Part shown: piece by piece, positions 29,364 through 37,205 of the stretch
Layout of the letters: every line of letters starts with the position of its first letter
Position numbering within the stretch: position 1 is the first letter of the stretch
Virus record (IMG/VR): IMGVR_UViG_3300029959_000011
Location: 4,978 to 68,977 of that record
Length of the DNA stretch: 64,000 nt
Strand: one strand, 5' to 3'
DNA from: a virus
Taxonomy: Duplodnaviria; Caudoviricetes
Program-made: the position numbers and the translations under genes
Notes under the pieces: model-generated
What the model was told of the DNA's origin: nothing
The model's database searches: none
The model's input: only the letters and a program-made list of their open reading frames with translations

Positions 29364-29515
29364 TGGCAATCTGCCCAGTATGCGGAAGTGAAGAAATCTA
29401 TTAGGAATACGATATTATAAATTTAGAGATGTGTATTTATTGTAATGAGTGTAATTGGATAATAAGCGAAAGCGATGAATGCTATTTAAAGTATGTTTTA
29501 GAGCAAATGGACTGA
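29363..29515 (+). pseudogene. Zinc-ribbon ORF interrupted by in-frame TAG at codon 14
   Basis: MAICPVCGSEEIY*EYDIINLEMCIYCNECNWIISESDECYLKYVLEQMD; TAG at 29402-29404. Confidence 0.6.
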
Positions 29516-29541
29516 AAGTGGTAATTATATAAGGGTCTATT

Positions 29542-29754
29542 ATGAAAGGCAGAAGATTAAGAGCCAAAAACGCATTTGAAGAAGATTTTATGAAGTGGCA
29601 TAAAGACGACGGTTTACTTGATGACGAGAAAAATGTAGCGTATGTAAAAAGATGTCTTAGAAAAAGAGAACGGATCAATAATAAGAAAGTAGTACAGCAG
29701 ATTTTAGATAATCCGGTAATAGATGAGAATTTCGAGATCAGCGATGAAAACTAA
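29542..29754 (+). CDS. Hypothetical protein
   Basis: 70-aa ORF in operon context. Confidence 0.45.
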   Translation: MKGRRLRAKNAFEEDFMKWHKDDGLLDDEKNVAYVKRCLRKRERINNKKVVQQILDNPVIDENFEISDEN

Positions 29755-30460
29755 TATAATTATAATACATGGTATCGGCAAGCAGGAAGAAGGTTATTCA
29801 AAAGAATTTCAAGACTATTATTTAAAGCGAGCTAATATTAAAGATGATATAGTTTTCCACGAAATACGATATTCGCATTTACTTGATATGGGTATCAGCG
29901 CATATACCGTAAACGAGAAAACAACGCATAATCTCGAATGGGATAAATTGCGCAATGTATTTAATTCAATTCTATTCGATTGTATTTGCTATAATTACAC
30001 ACGCAAGGATATTTACGAGTATATAGAATGGTATTTGCCGAAAGACTTGGAAAATATTACGGTAATAGCTCATTCTATGGGTGGTATAGTAGCGTACGAT
30101 TGGCTGTATCAGAGCGAACGCAAGATAAAGAATTTCTTTACTATGGGCAGTCCACTTGGCTTGAAAATGGTATCAAGGAAACATAAAGTGAATACGGAAT
30201 ACTGGCTCAATATAGTTGGCATGTCAGATATAATAGCCAAGCTGATTAAAATATATCCGGCAGATATGAAACAAGTGGACAGGGATTATATTTGTCCTGT
30301 AGGATCGTTCTTACAGCGTAAAACTCCATTATGCCATACGACTTATTGGACTGATGATAATGCTGTATTGCCGATAATAAAGAAAATAGAGATGGATATA
30401 GAAAATAAATTTGATAAAAATAAATACAACAAATATCTTGACAGCATAATAAAAATTTAA
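29723..30460 (+). CDS. Alpha/beta hydrolase (lipase/esterase-like)
   Basis: IIHGIG, nucleophile elbow AHSMGG, TMGSPLG, SDIIA, CHTTYW; start may be ATG 29744. Confidence 0.8.
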   Translation: MRISRSAMKTNIIIIHGIGKQEEGYSKEFQDYYLKRANIKDDIVFHEIRYSHLLDMGISAYTVNEKTTHNLEWDKLRNVFNSILFDCICYNYTRKDIYEYIEWYLPKDLENITVIAHSMGGIVAYDWLYQSERKIKNFFTMGSPLGLKMVSRKHKVNTEYWLNIVGMSDIIAKLIKIYPADMKQVDRDYICPVGSFLQRKTPLCHTTYWTDDNAVLPIIKKIEMDIENKFDKNKYNKYLDSIIKI

Positions 30461-30466
30461 TATATT
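30438..30466 (+). promoter_or_regulatory. Near-consensus sigma70-type promoter
   Basis: TTGACA-17-TATATT. Confidence 0.55.
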
Positions 30467-30500
30467 GGTCATACTCCTCTTTTTTACTTGTTTGACAATG

Positions 30501-30530
30501 AGAAAGCCCGTTAATTCGGGCTTTTTCTTT
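30501..30530. terminator. Bidirectional terminator between the convergent genome arms
   Basis: AGAAAGCCCG-TTAATT-CGGGCTTTTTCTTT. Confidence 0.8.
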
Positions 30531-30682
30531 ATTTCTTATTTAATTGTATCTTAAGATAATTACTTATTCGTTTTAATCGCAAGATATACTTTCTCGTCTT
30601 GCAGTCTTTCGCATATATATTAGCTTCGCAATTATCGGATGTATTATTTGTAGTCCAGAAATGGCATTCTTCGATATTGCAT

Positions 30683-30940
30683 TTAATTACTTTCATTATT
30701 TACTCCATTCTTATTATCTAAAATAACATATAATGGTTTTTCTATTTCCTTATAGAATAAAATAGTTATTTCTGGCTTAGGAGAAAAGTAATTTTGTAAT
30801 TGCGTATCAACCCATATTATCGGATCGAAATCATTTACTATTATATTATGATATTCATATTCTGCGCAATTCCAATGTTTTACTAAATATGTTATAAAAT
30901 AGCTTTTAGATTTTTCATCCATTACTTCCTCCATTCTCAA
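30683..30940 (-). CDS. Hypothetical protein
   Basis: Packed minus-strand ORF. Confidence 0.5.
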   Translation of the reverse strand: MRMEEVMDEKSKSYFITYLVKHWNCAEYEYHNIIVNDFDPIIWVDTQLQNYFSPKPEITILFYKEIEKPLYVILDNKNGVNNESN

Positions 30941-31196
30941 TTATTTGGCTCAGTATAGCGTACCATTCGCCTGCGGCACTGTTTAGATGTATATTTATGA
31001 CAATTCGTTTCTTTTTGTAGCATACGGTAGTTTCTTTGCGGTTAATTGTTATGTCTATATTATAAAGACCGTTTGCCTGGCAGAACCGCATTATATCCGA
31101 TCTTGTATAGAATTTCTTTGTTGGCAGTATGACAATCCGTTTATGGCTTGCGGTATAATGGAATAAGCAGGTTTCGTCAATAGTGCTGACAGTCAT
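30915..31196 (-). CDS. Hypothetical protein
   Basis: Packed minus-strand ORF. Confidence 0.5.
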   Translation of the reverse strand: MTVSTIDETCLFHYTASHKRIVILPTKKFYTRSDIMRFCQANGLYNIDITINRKETTVCYKKKRIVINIHLNSAAGEWYAILSQIIENGGSNG

Positions 31197-31199
31197 CGG

Positions 31200-31499
31200 C
31201 TAATCCTCAAATTCATAAGTTGCTATTTTGTACTTAGTTTCCTCATATTCAAATTTAGCATTATCCAAATCTATCTGAAGATTTTCTATACTGTCCGAAT
31301 ATACAGTTTCGCTTTTTATCTTTTCGATTTTCTTCTTAATAGCATCGCATTTCTCATTATATGCCGTTTCTTCTGCTTCGAGTATTTTGGCTAATTCGTC
31401 TTTACAGGCAGATTCGCTTTTATAATATCTGATAGGAATATAATGACTGCTATACATATCGGCACGCAAGATAGCGTAGAATTTTTCGCCCATTACCAC
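31200..31499 (-). CDS. Hypothetical coiled-coil protein
   Basis: Packed minus-strand ORF. Confidence 0.5.
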   Translation of the reverse strand: MVMGEKFYAILRADMYSSHYIPIRYYKSESACKDELAKILEAEETAYNEKCDAIKKKIEKIKSETVYSDSIENLQIDLDNAKFEYEETKYKIATYEFED

Positions 31500-31735
31500 C
31501 CCTTGTCTATCTTAATTAGACTTTTATTAGCGAAATGCAATGTTATATGATCGCTGTAATCGCTTATACGAACTATATCGTCTATATGTATGTGTAGAGC
31601 GAATTTTGTGTCATATACAGTAAGCAAATCGTTATAAATATGTATTTTGTCCAAGCCTGCGAATGTTACCATATTGTCTTTATAAGGTAGATAGCCCAGC
31701 TTATCAAAATGATCTATTATTTCCATTAGTTCCAT
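31493..31735 (-). CDS. Hypothetical protein
   Basis: Packed minus-strand ORF. Confidence 0.5.
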   Translation of the reverse strand: MELMEIIDHFDKLGYLPYKDNMVTFAGLDKIHIYNDLLTVYDTKFALHIHIDDIVRISDYSDHITLHFANKSLIKIDKGW

Positions 31736-31737
31736 TT

Positions 31738-32256
31738 TTACCCCAATTCGTGAATTAAGTGATACAGATTATATATTCGACTATACCCAGTTATATGTTT
31801 GTTGTAATTAGCGTGCATCAGATACTTGTAGGTAGCATTATGTTTGTCAAGATGCTTATAATAATCGTCAACTATAATATCGCCTGTGACCTGATTTTTA
31901 TCGGCTGTATAGATTACAGGAATGTCTATCTTATGTCTCTCGAGCCAAACATCTGTATAATGGCGTATTTCTTCGTACTGATGCGATACTAATACTGTAT
32001 CAAATTCCCTCTTAAGTATATCTAAGGCTGATAGCGTTTCAGGGAATGGCTCGCTATGAACGAATATCTCAATACCGTTTTCAATGAAAAACCGCTTAGT
32101 ATCTTTAATTAGCGGTAAGCATTTAGATAAATCCCATTCGGTAATATTTGATTCTGTAACTTTACCGACTGCGTAATAAATATTATATACCCAAACTATC
32201 TGTGGAATTATATCTCTTATCACGCCATCTATGTCTAATATAAGTTTTTTTCTCAT
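31738..32256 (-). CDS. 5'(3')-deoxyribonucleotidase, HAD family
   Basis: LDIDGV motif I, K..VTGDIIVDD motif III/IV. Confidence 0.8.
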   Translation of the reverse strand: MRKKLILDIDGVIRDIIPQIVWVYNIYYAVGKVTESNITEWDLSKCLPLIKDTKRFFIENGIEIFVHSEPFPETLSALDILKREFDTVLVSHQYEEIRHYTDVWLERHKIDIPVIYTADKNQVTGDIIVDDYYKHLDKHNATYKYLMHANYNKHITGYSRIYNLYHLIHELG

Positions 32257-32483
32257 TTGATTTCTCTCTTTCCAGTTACTCGTAATTCAAATTCTATTAT
32301 ATCAGATTTCGATACACAGATATTAACCATACTTGTTGCAACTGTTTCTGATCTTGACATACAAGAAGCACCAATAATTTCAACATCCCTATTTTTTATA
32401 GCTTTTTCTATTGATTTTAAATCATTTAATAATTGCCACAATACGGAATCTGCCCATAAATCATCACTTAGTTTTTTTCTCAT
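32253..32483 (-). CDS. Hypothetical protein
   Basis: 4-nt overlaps with neighbours. Confidence 0.5.
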   Translation of the reverse strand: MRKKLSDDLWADSVLWQLLNDLKSIEKAIKNRDVEIIGASCMSRSETVATSMVNICVSKSDIIEFELRVTGKREIK

Positions 32484-32719
32484 TTCATCTTCATCCCAAA
32501 TATTTTCTCAAATTGATCCATTATGTTCTTATCGCCTATGATTTGTGGGTCGTCATAATCATCTTCCTCATCCAATTCCTTTATCTCATAAAAAATTACT
32601 TTCTTCAATAATGCTTGCGGTACACTTCCCACATTATCAGCCTCCACATTTATCCGCAATTTCTTAATTCCAATTTGGAATGATACCTGGTACTTCATTA
32701 TATTATTTCCTGATAGCAT
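32480..32719 (-). CDS. Hypothetical protein
   Basis: 4-nt overlap with downstream gene. Confidence 0.45.
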   Translation of the reverse strand: MLSGNNIMKYQVSFQIGIKKLRINVEADNVGSVPQALLKKVIFYEIKELDEEDDYDDPQIIGDKNIMDQFEKIFGMKMK

Positions 32720-32851
32720 TCAGGCTGTTCGGCAAATTGCGAAATCAGCATTTCTTGTTTAATAGCATCTTCCTTTATTTTGTCCGTCAATGCTCTATCG
32801 CAATTAAAGCCATTCATGCAGGTAGCCCAGTATGGACAGAATGTTTTATCT

Positions 32852-33262
32852 TTATAGCATATCATTTTTGCTCTCCTTTATATCTTCGTGCAGATAGCCT
32901 AATACATTGAATAGTATAGCACAGCACGCTTCTTTAACTGTTATTTCGTGTTTATCTTTTTTGTCGTAGCGTTTGTGTCCTCTGTGAGTAGCCCATAAAT
33001 CCATAAAATGCCTGAATAAACTCTTAATATAAACGGATTTACTCATGCCTTTCTGCCAATTATCGCTATCCCTTAATTTCCCGTCTGCCTGTTTTCTATG
33101 CACCGTCATATAATCACCAAATGCTTCAATGCAAAGCGGATCGAGAAAGCCCTCGTAATCATTCTTGCCGTCATCACTATCTCTCGTTGCGCCTGTATCG
33201 AAATTACGCATAGTATTATCATTCTTAGGTGTTATACTTATACCCACTTTACCCCTCCACAC
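32852..33262 (-). CDS. dATP/dGTP diphosphohydrolase-like protein (DUF5664-type)
   Basis: FDTGATRD..GK, DNWQKGM..SLFRH motifs. Confidence 0.7.
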   Translation of the reverse strand: MWRGKVGISITPKNDNTMRNFDTGATRDSDDGKNDYEGFLDPLCIEAFGDYMTVHRKQADGKLRDSDNWQKGMSKSVYIKSLFRHFMDLWATHRGHKRYDKKDKHEITVKEACCAILFNVLGYLHEDIKESKNDML

Positions 33263-34304
33263 TCGACGGCATTATTAGTGTAAGCAAATCAGGATCAGCC
33301 GTATCGTTTATTATTACAGGTTTCTTAGAAGTATTTATCAGCATTACAGCATCGCCTTTGATTATGGATAAAATACTTACCAGCTTCTTATAATTGAAGC
33401 CTATTGTAGTTTCTTCGCCTGCCCACTCGCACGCTAAAGTTTCTTCATACTGGCTTGCGGAATTGCTGTCTTGACTGATTAGCGTTAATTGATTAGCCGA
33501 CAACTTAAATTTAATTAAGCAGGTAACTTGATTAGCCGCCAAACTTGCACGATTGATTGAGCTTAATATGTCGGCTGTTTTAAATGTAAGTTTACTACCA
33601 TTGCTTGCAGGTATAATAGCGGTATAATTCGGATATTTACCGTTAATCAGACGGCTAACTAATCTCGTGCCATTACTTACGAACTGTATGATACTATCAT
33701 TTGACGCTATGGATAAATCCTTGCCTGCGAATTGCTTAAGTAATTTAACTGAATTTGCAGGTATGATTAAATTCAAGTCGGCATTTACGGCAGGCATAGC
33801 ATATTTAAATAGTCGTACACTATCAGTAGATACTAAATTCAAATTAGTAGCATTATTCTCTACAAATATACCTGTCAGTACAGCTCTTAAATTATCTTCA
33901 GATACGAAATTGATAGCGTGCGAAAATACATCACCTAATTTCTCACCATCAAGGCTTATAGGTGTTTCCTGCAAATTCGGCATTACAGGAAAATCCGAAT
34001 TATCCGCAATTACAGTTAATTCAAATTTAGACTTACCATCTGTAATTTTCGCAATACCGTCTTTAACAATAATATCAATATCATTGCCGGAAAACGCTTT
34101 AATAATAGCGATAAACCGCTTGCCATCAATACATAAAGTTTCAGTATCGCCCACAGGTATTTCAAGCGCAGTAGTCATATCAGTAGCGTATAATTTGCCA
34201 TTATCGAACAAGATACATTCGGTAATAGGCTTTGATGACGACTTGGGTAAAATAGCGGATATTAACGCTAATTTTGGTAGTAATGTTTGCTTATTTAGTT
34301 TCAC
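33249..34304 (-). CDS. dnaN: DNA polymerase III beta sliding clamp
   Basis: 351 aa; LRAVLTGI, LVSTDSVRL, SRLINGKYPNY, IGFNYKKL, LIMP C-terminus. Confidence 0.9.
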   Translation of the reverse strand: MKLNKQTLLPKLALISAILPKSSSKPITECILFDNGKLYATDMTTALEIPVGDTETLCIDGKRFIAIIKAFSGNDIDIIVKDGIAKITDGKSKFELTVIADNSDFPVMPNLQETPISLDGEKLGDVFSHAINFVSEDNLRAVLTGIFVENNATNLNLVSTDSVRLFKYAMPAVNADLNLIIPANSVKLLKQFAGKDLSIASNDSIIQFVSNGTRLVSRLINGKYPNYTAIIPASNGSKLTFKTADILSSINRASLAANQVTCLIKFKLSANQLTLISQDSNSASQYEETLACEWAGEETTIGFNYKKLVSILSIIKGDAVMLINTSKKPVIINDTADPDLLTLIMPSSVEG

Positions 34305-34524
34305 TTTTCCTCCGTTCTAATATTGTTTTTAATTTCTGATAATCTTCGTCAGTCCAATTAACGCATTCTTCATAGAATAGCTGTTTTACTGCCTTTGGTT
34401 TGTGTCCTTTTACATGATTTAATCTATTCCATGACTTAGTATCTACTATAACATAATCGGTACTCATCACTACAAATGTTTTCTTTTCTTTAATACATTC
34501 AATTATGCTTGGCAGGTAATCCAT
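34291..34524 (-). CDS. Hypothetical protein
   Basis: Packed ORF with RBS. Confidence 0.5.
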   Translation of the reverse strand: MDYLPSIIECIKEKKTFVVMSTDYVIVDTKSWNRLNHVKGHKPKAVKQLFYEECVNWTDEDYQKLKTILERRKSETK

Positions 34525-34541
34525 ACTTTCTCCACTAAGTA

Positions 34542-35630
34542 TTATTTTTTCGTACTTTTAGATGATTTTAATTCGCTATTCAGGAATCTTAAATAGTGAT
34601 CCGCCCTATCAATATCCACCATTGGTATCATCTCTTTTGTTGTTGGATTGAATATCAGGACTGGCATAGTTGCTGATGATGGTACATAGCCTACTTTATT
34701 CGCATAAGTATCAGCTACCTTATATGTAGCAGGCCGTAAAGCTATCCTTTTCCCTCTGCGCCACTCGAATACTTCTAATGCAAATTCGTGATTATGCGCA
34801 ATGCAGATAATATCGGCATCGTACTGTCCTTTCTGCAATAATTTCTTACAGGTATGCGTCAGATTATCGGTACTGTTAAACCTAAACTGATGCCTCATTA
34901 AAATCGAATATTCCTGCGACCCGATATGCAATTTCATGTGGAATTGGTAAGGCGAATAGAATATCTTTTTACTGCGGATTAAATGACCTACTACATCGAG
35001 ACCCGTAGTTTCTTTAATACGGCTATCATGATTACCCATAATCATCGCAAGTACGCTGTCGCCTAACAGATTAAGCCAATGATCGAGCAGTTTAACCTGC
35101 TGTTTCGGGCTTGTAGTAGCATTTATTACGCCTTCCATAATATTCGCTTTGATAAACATATCCACTTCGTCGCCTGCGTGTATCGTGAATAGATATGGAT
35201 TAGACGCTATTATACGGGCATCTCGTTCAGCCTTAGTATAATCCACGCCCTCGTTACCAAAGTGAGTATCTGCTATTAAACAGATGCCTATCCACTCGCC
35301 TTTCCCGACTGATAATTCGATTGTGTCCTGTTCCTCAAATCTCGTAATGTACTTTTCCGACCTCTGCTTCATTGAATCCCAAAATTCCTGTCTGTCAAGT
35401 TCCGCCTCGTCTTGAGATTTAGCGTTTGTTTTAATTACCTCTACCGGAACTCGTTTAGCCTGTGAGTTGCAATAAACATTCGGAGCTAAATTATTGTACT
35501 TAATTATATTCCTTACATTTTCAGCATCCATACCTAATGCCTTACCTATTTTCTCGTACTGTCCTGCTACTGATGCTTGTATTGGATGATCTTTTAAATA
35601 CGCTCTAATCAATTCTCTCTTGTTAGACAT
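34542..35630 (-). CDS. Calcineurin-like metallophosphoesterase with N-terminal HTH
   Basis: ADTHFG, AGDEVD, GNHD, MRH, AHNH motifs. Confidence 0.8.
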   Translation of the reverse strand: MSNKRELIRAYLKDHPIQASVAGQYEKIGKALGMDAENVRNIIKYNNLAPNVYCNSQAKRVPVEVIKTNAKSQDEAELDRQEFWDSMKQRSEKYITRFEEQDTIELSVGKGEWIGICLIADTHFGNEGVDYTKAERDARIIASNPYLFTIHAGDEVDMFIKANIMEGVINATTSPKQQVKLLDHWLNLLGDSVLAMIMGNHDSRIKETTGLDVVGHLIRSKKIFYSPYQFHMKLHIGSQEYSILMRHQFRFNSTDNLTHTCKKLLQKGQYDADIICIAHNHEFALEVFEWRRGKRIALRPATYKVADTYANKVGYVPSSATMPVLIFNPTTKEMIPMVDIDRADHYLRFLNSELKSSKSTKK

Positions 35631-35643
35631 TTAAGCCCCTGTA

Positions 35644-35880
35644 TTAGTTATTGATTTTAACTGCATTACTATCACATATTATTTGCACAGTAACACCGTC
35701 AATGTTAATATGCGTTTGTTCTTTAGATCGGAATATCACCTCCGCTTCTTTATATGTATCTGACGAGCCGTTATAATATACTGTAATTGTTTTCTGTCTT
35801 GCTTTAGTTGGATAAAATAATGTAACAAATGTTATAAGTGCGATAAGGCTTATTATAAACAAAAATATAACTATTCGCAT
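35644..35880 (-). CDS. Small membrane-anchored protein
   Basis: MRIVIFLFIISLIALITFVTLFY N-terminal TM; start corrected to 35880. Confidence 0.5.
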   Translation of the reverse strand: MRIVIFLFIISLIALITFVTLFYPTKARQKTITVYYNGSSDTYKEAEVIFRSKEQTHINIDGVTVQIICDSNAVKINN

Positions 35881-36023
35881 TATAAATCCCCGTATTTTTG
35901 ATTGAAGGCATCCCATATTTCCTGTTTAGCTATAATTGCGCCTCTTGTCATACCGAGATAGAAGCTCAGAATTGCTGTTACGATTACTATGAATGTTGCC
36001 ATTTATACTCCAAATTTTAGTTT

Positions 36024-36066
36024 AATATACATATATATAGAAAAATATACAATGATATTTATCATA
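36024..36066 (-). promoter_or_regulatory. Palindromic box plus promoter
   Basis: TATGATAAATATCATT overlapping TTGTAT-17-TATATT. Confidence 0.65.
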
Positions 36067-36333
36067 TTATTCGATTTTTAAATACTCTTTAATTACTTCA
36101 GCTATCGCATTTGCCAATTCAGTCTCGCTTTCTAATGCTGATTGCGATTGATCGTTTATTACATTTACAGCTAATTGACCGTTATACTCCTGGATGAGTA
36201 TGTTTAGGACTTTCATTATTTCCTTCTTTGTTTAAGTTTTGTACTACTAAGCAGAATAATAAAACATTAGTATATCGTGCAGGCTCTAATATTACTAAGC
36301 CTATTATTAGGATTAAGATAGTAAGCCAATCTT

Positions 36334-36738
36334 TCATTTCCGCTCTCCATCTTTATAGAACTTGAAATCCATATTAAAAAAATCTGCCCTTCTCGATTCG
36401 ATTCTATTATGCTCGATATACTTTACATAGCCGTCTTTATAGTCAGTGATATAAACAAATAAACTTTCAGGTTGCTCGAATGGGTTGCCTTCGTTAAATA
36501 CGCAATACCAAGTGGTATTAGTAGTTGATTCTAATTCCGGTATTACTGTTACAGCATTATGAACCATACTCAATTCGTCGCTGTATTTGAGTTCTGTAGC
36601 AAGCGTGTCAATACTGTCATGCTTAATAGCAATATCGCTTATTTTTGGCTCGAAATTATAGTAATTAAAGCAAGTTATCATGCCCACTACTAATCCAATT
36701 AAGAAGCTCGTTATACCCGAATAAATATAGTATTTCAT
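36334..36738 (-). CDS. Membrane-anchored hypothetical protein
   Basis: N-terminal TM helix. Confidence 0.5.
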   Translation of the reverse strand: MKYYIYSGITSFLIGLVVGMITCFNYYNFEPKISDIAIKHDSIDTLATELKYSDELSMVHNAVTVIPELESTTNTTWYCVFNEGNPFEQPESLFVYITDYKDGYVKYIEHNRIESRRADFFNMDFKFYKDGERK

Positions 36739-37004
36739 TTCAATCCTTCCATCTTATAATTTAATGTTTTTAGCCTGTTAGCTGTCATTACATATTGCTT
36801 ACTGATAACGCTGTTTTTTTCAGTCTTATCGTTACAATAAATGTAAATTTTCTCACTATCTATATCTGCTTCAATACAAATTCTTCCTAATATAGTATCA
36901 TATCGCTTTTCATACCAGCTTGCTGATCTGTCTGAGAAGAATTTACGCCTAAAATGCAGGCATTCTAATAATTTAATCATGTTATTCATATTGCCAATCT
37001 CCAT
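36735..37004 (-). CDS. Hypothetical protein
   Basis: Packed ORF. Confidence 0.45.
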   Translation of the reverse strand: MEIGNMNNMIKLLECLHFRRKFFSDRSASWYEKRYDTILGRICIEADIDSEKIYIYCNDKTEKNSVISKQYVMTANRLKTLNYKMEGLK

Positions 37005-37205
37005 ATAGCCATTTCATTCTTTCAAGATTATTCCGCTTGATTAGCTTTCTGATTTGCTCGTTAGCCGTTGGGTCATGCTCCATTTCGCCTACTAATATTA
37101 TTGTCGGTCACTTTGCTTCTGGCTTGGCTAACCTTTCGGCAACCCAGTCATTTCCTTTATCTACTTCAGGATTCTTTACCTTGTAATATCCGCCTTTTGC
37201 GTAGG

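Noticed and set aside
30329-30472. 47-aa hydrophobic minus-strand ORF as a type I toxin opposite the candidate sRNA
   Set aside because: The GAGGAG is only 1 nt from the ATG, hydrophobicity is expected antisense to a K/N/D/E-rich gene end, and the bidirectional terminator cuts it off from upstream transcription.
32852-33262. 2-aminoadenine (Z) or 7-deazaguanine genome modification
   Set aside because: Only the diphosphohydrolase-like gene is present; no PurZ, DatZ-like HD enzyme, Que/Dpd genes or phage polymerase were recognised.
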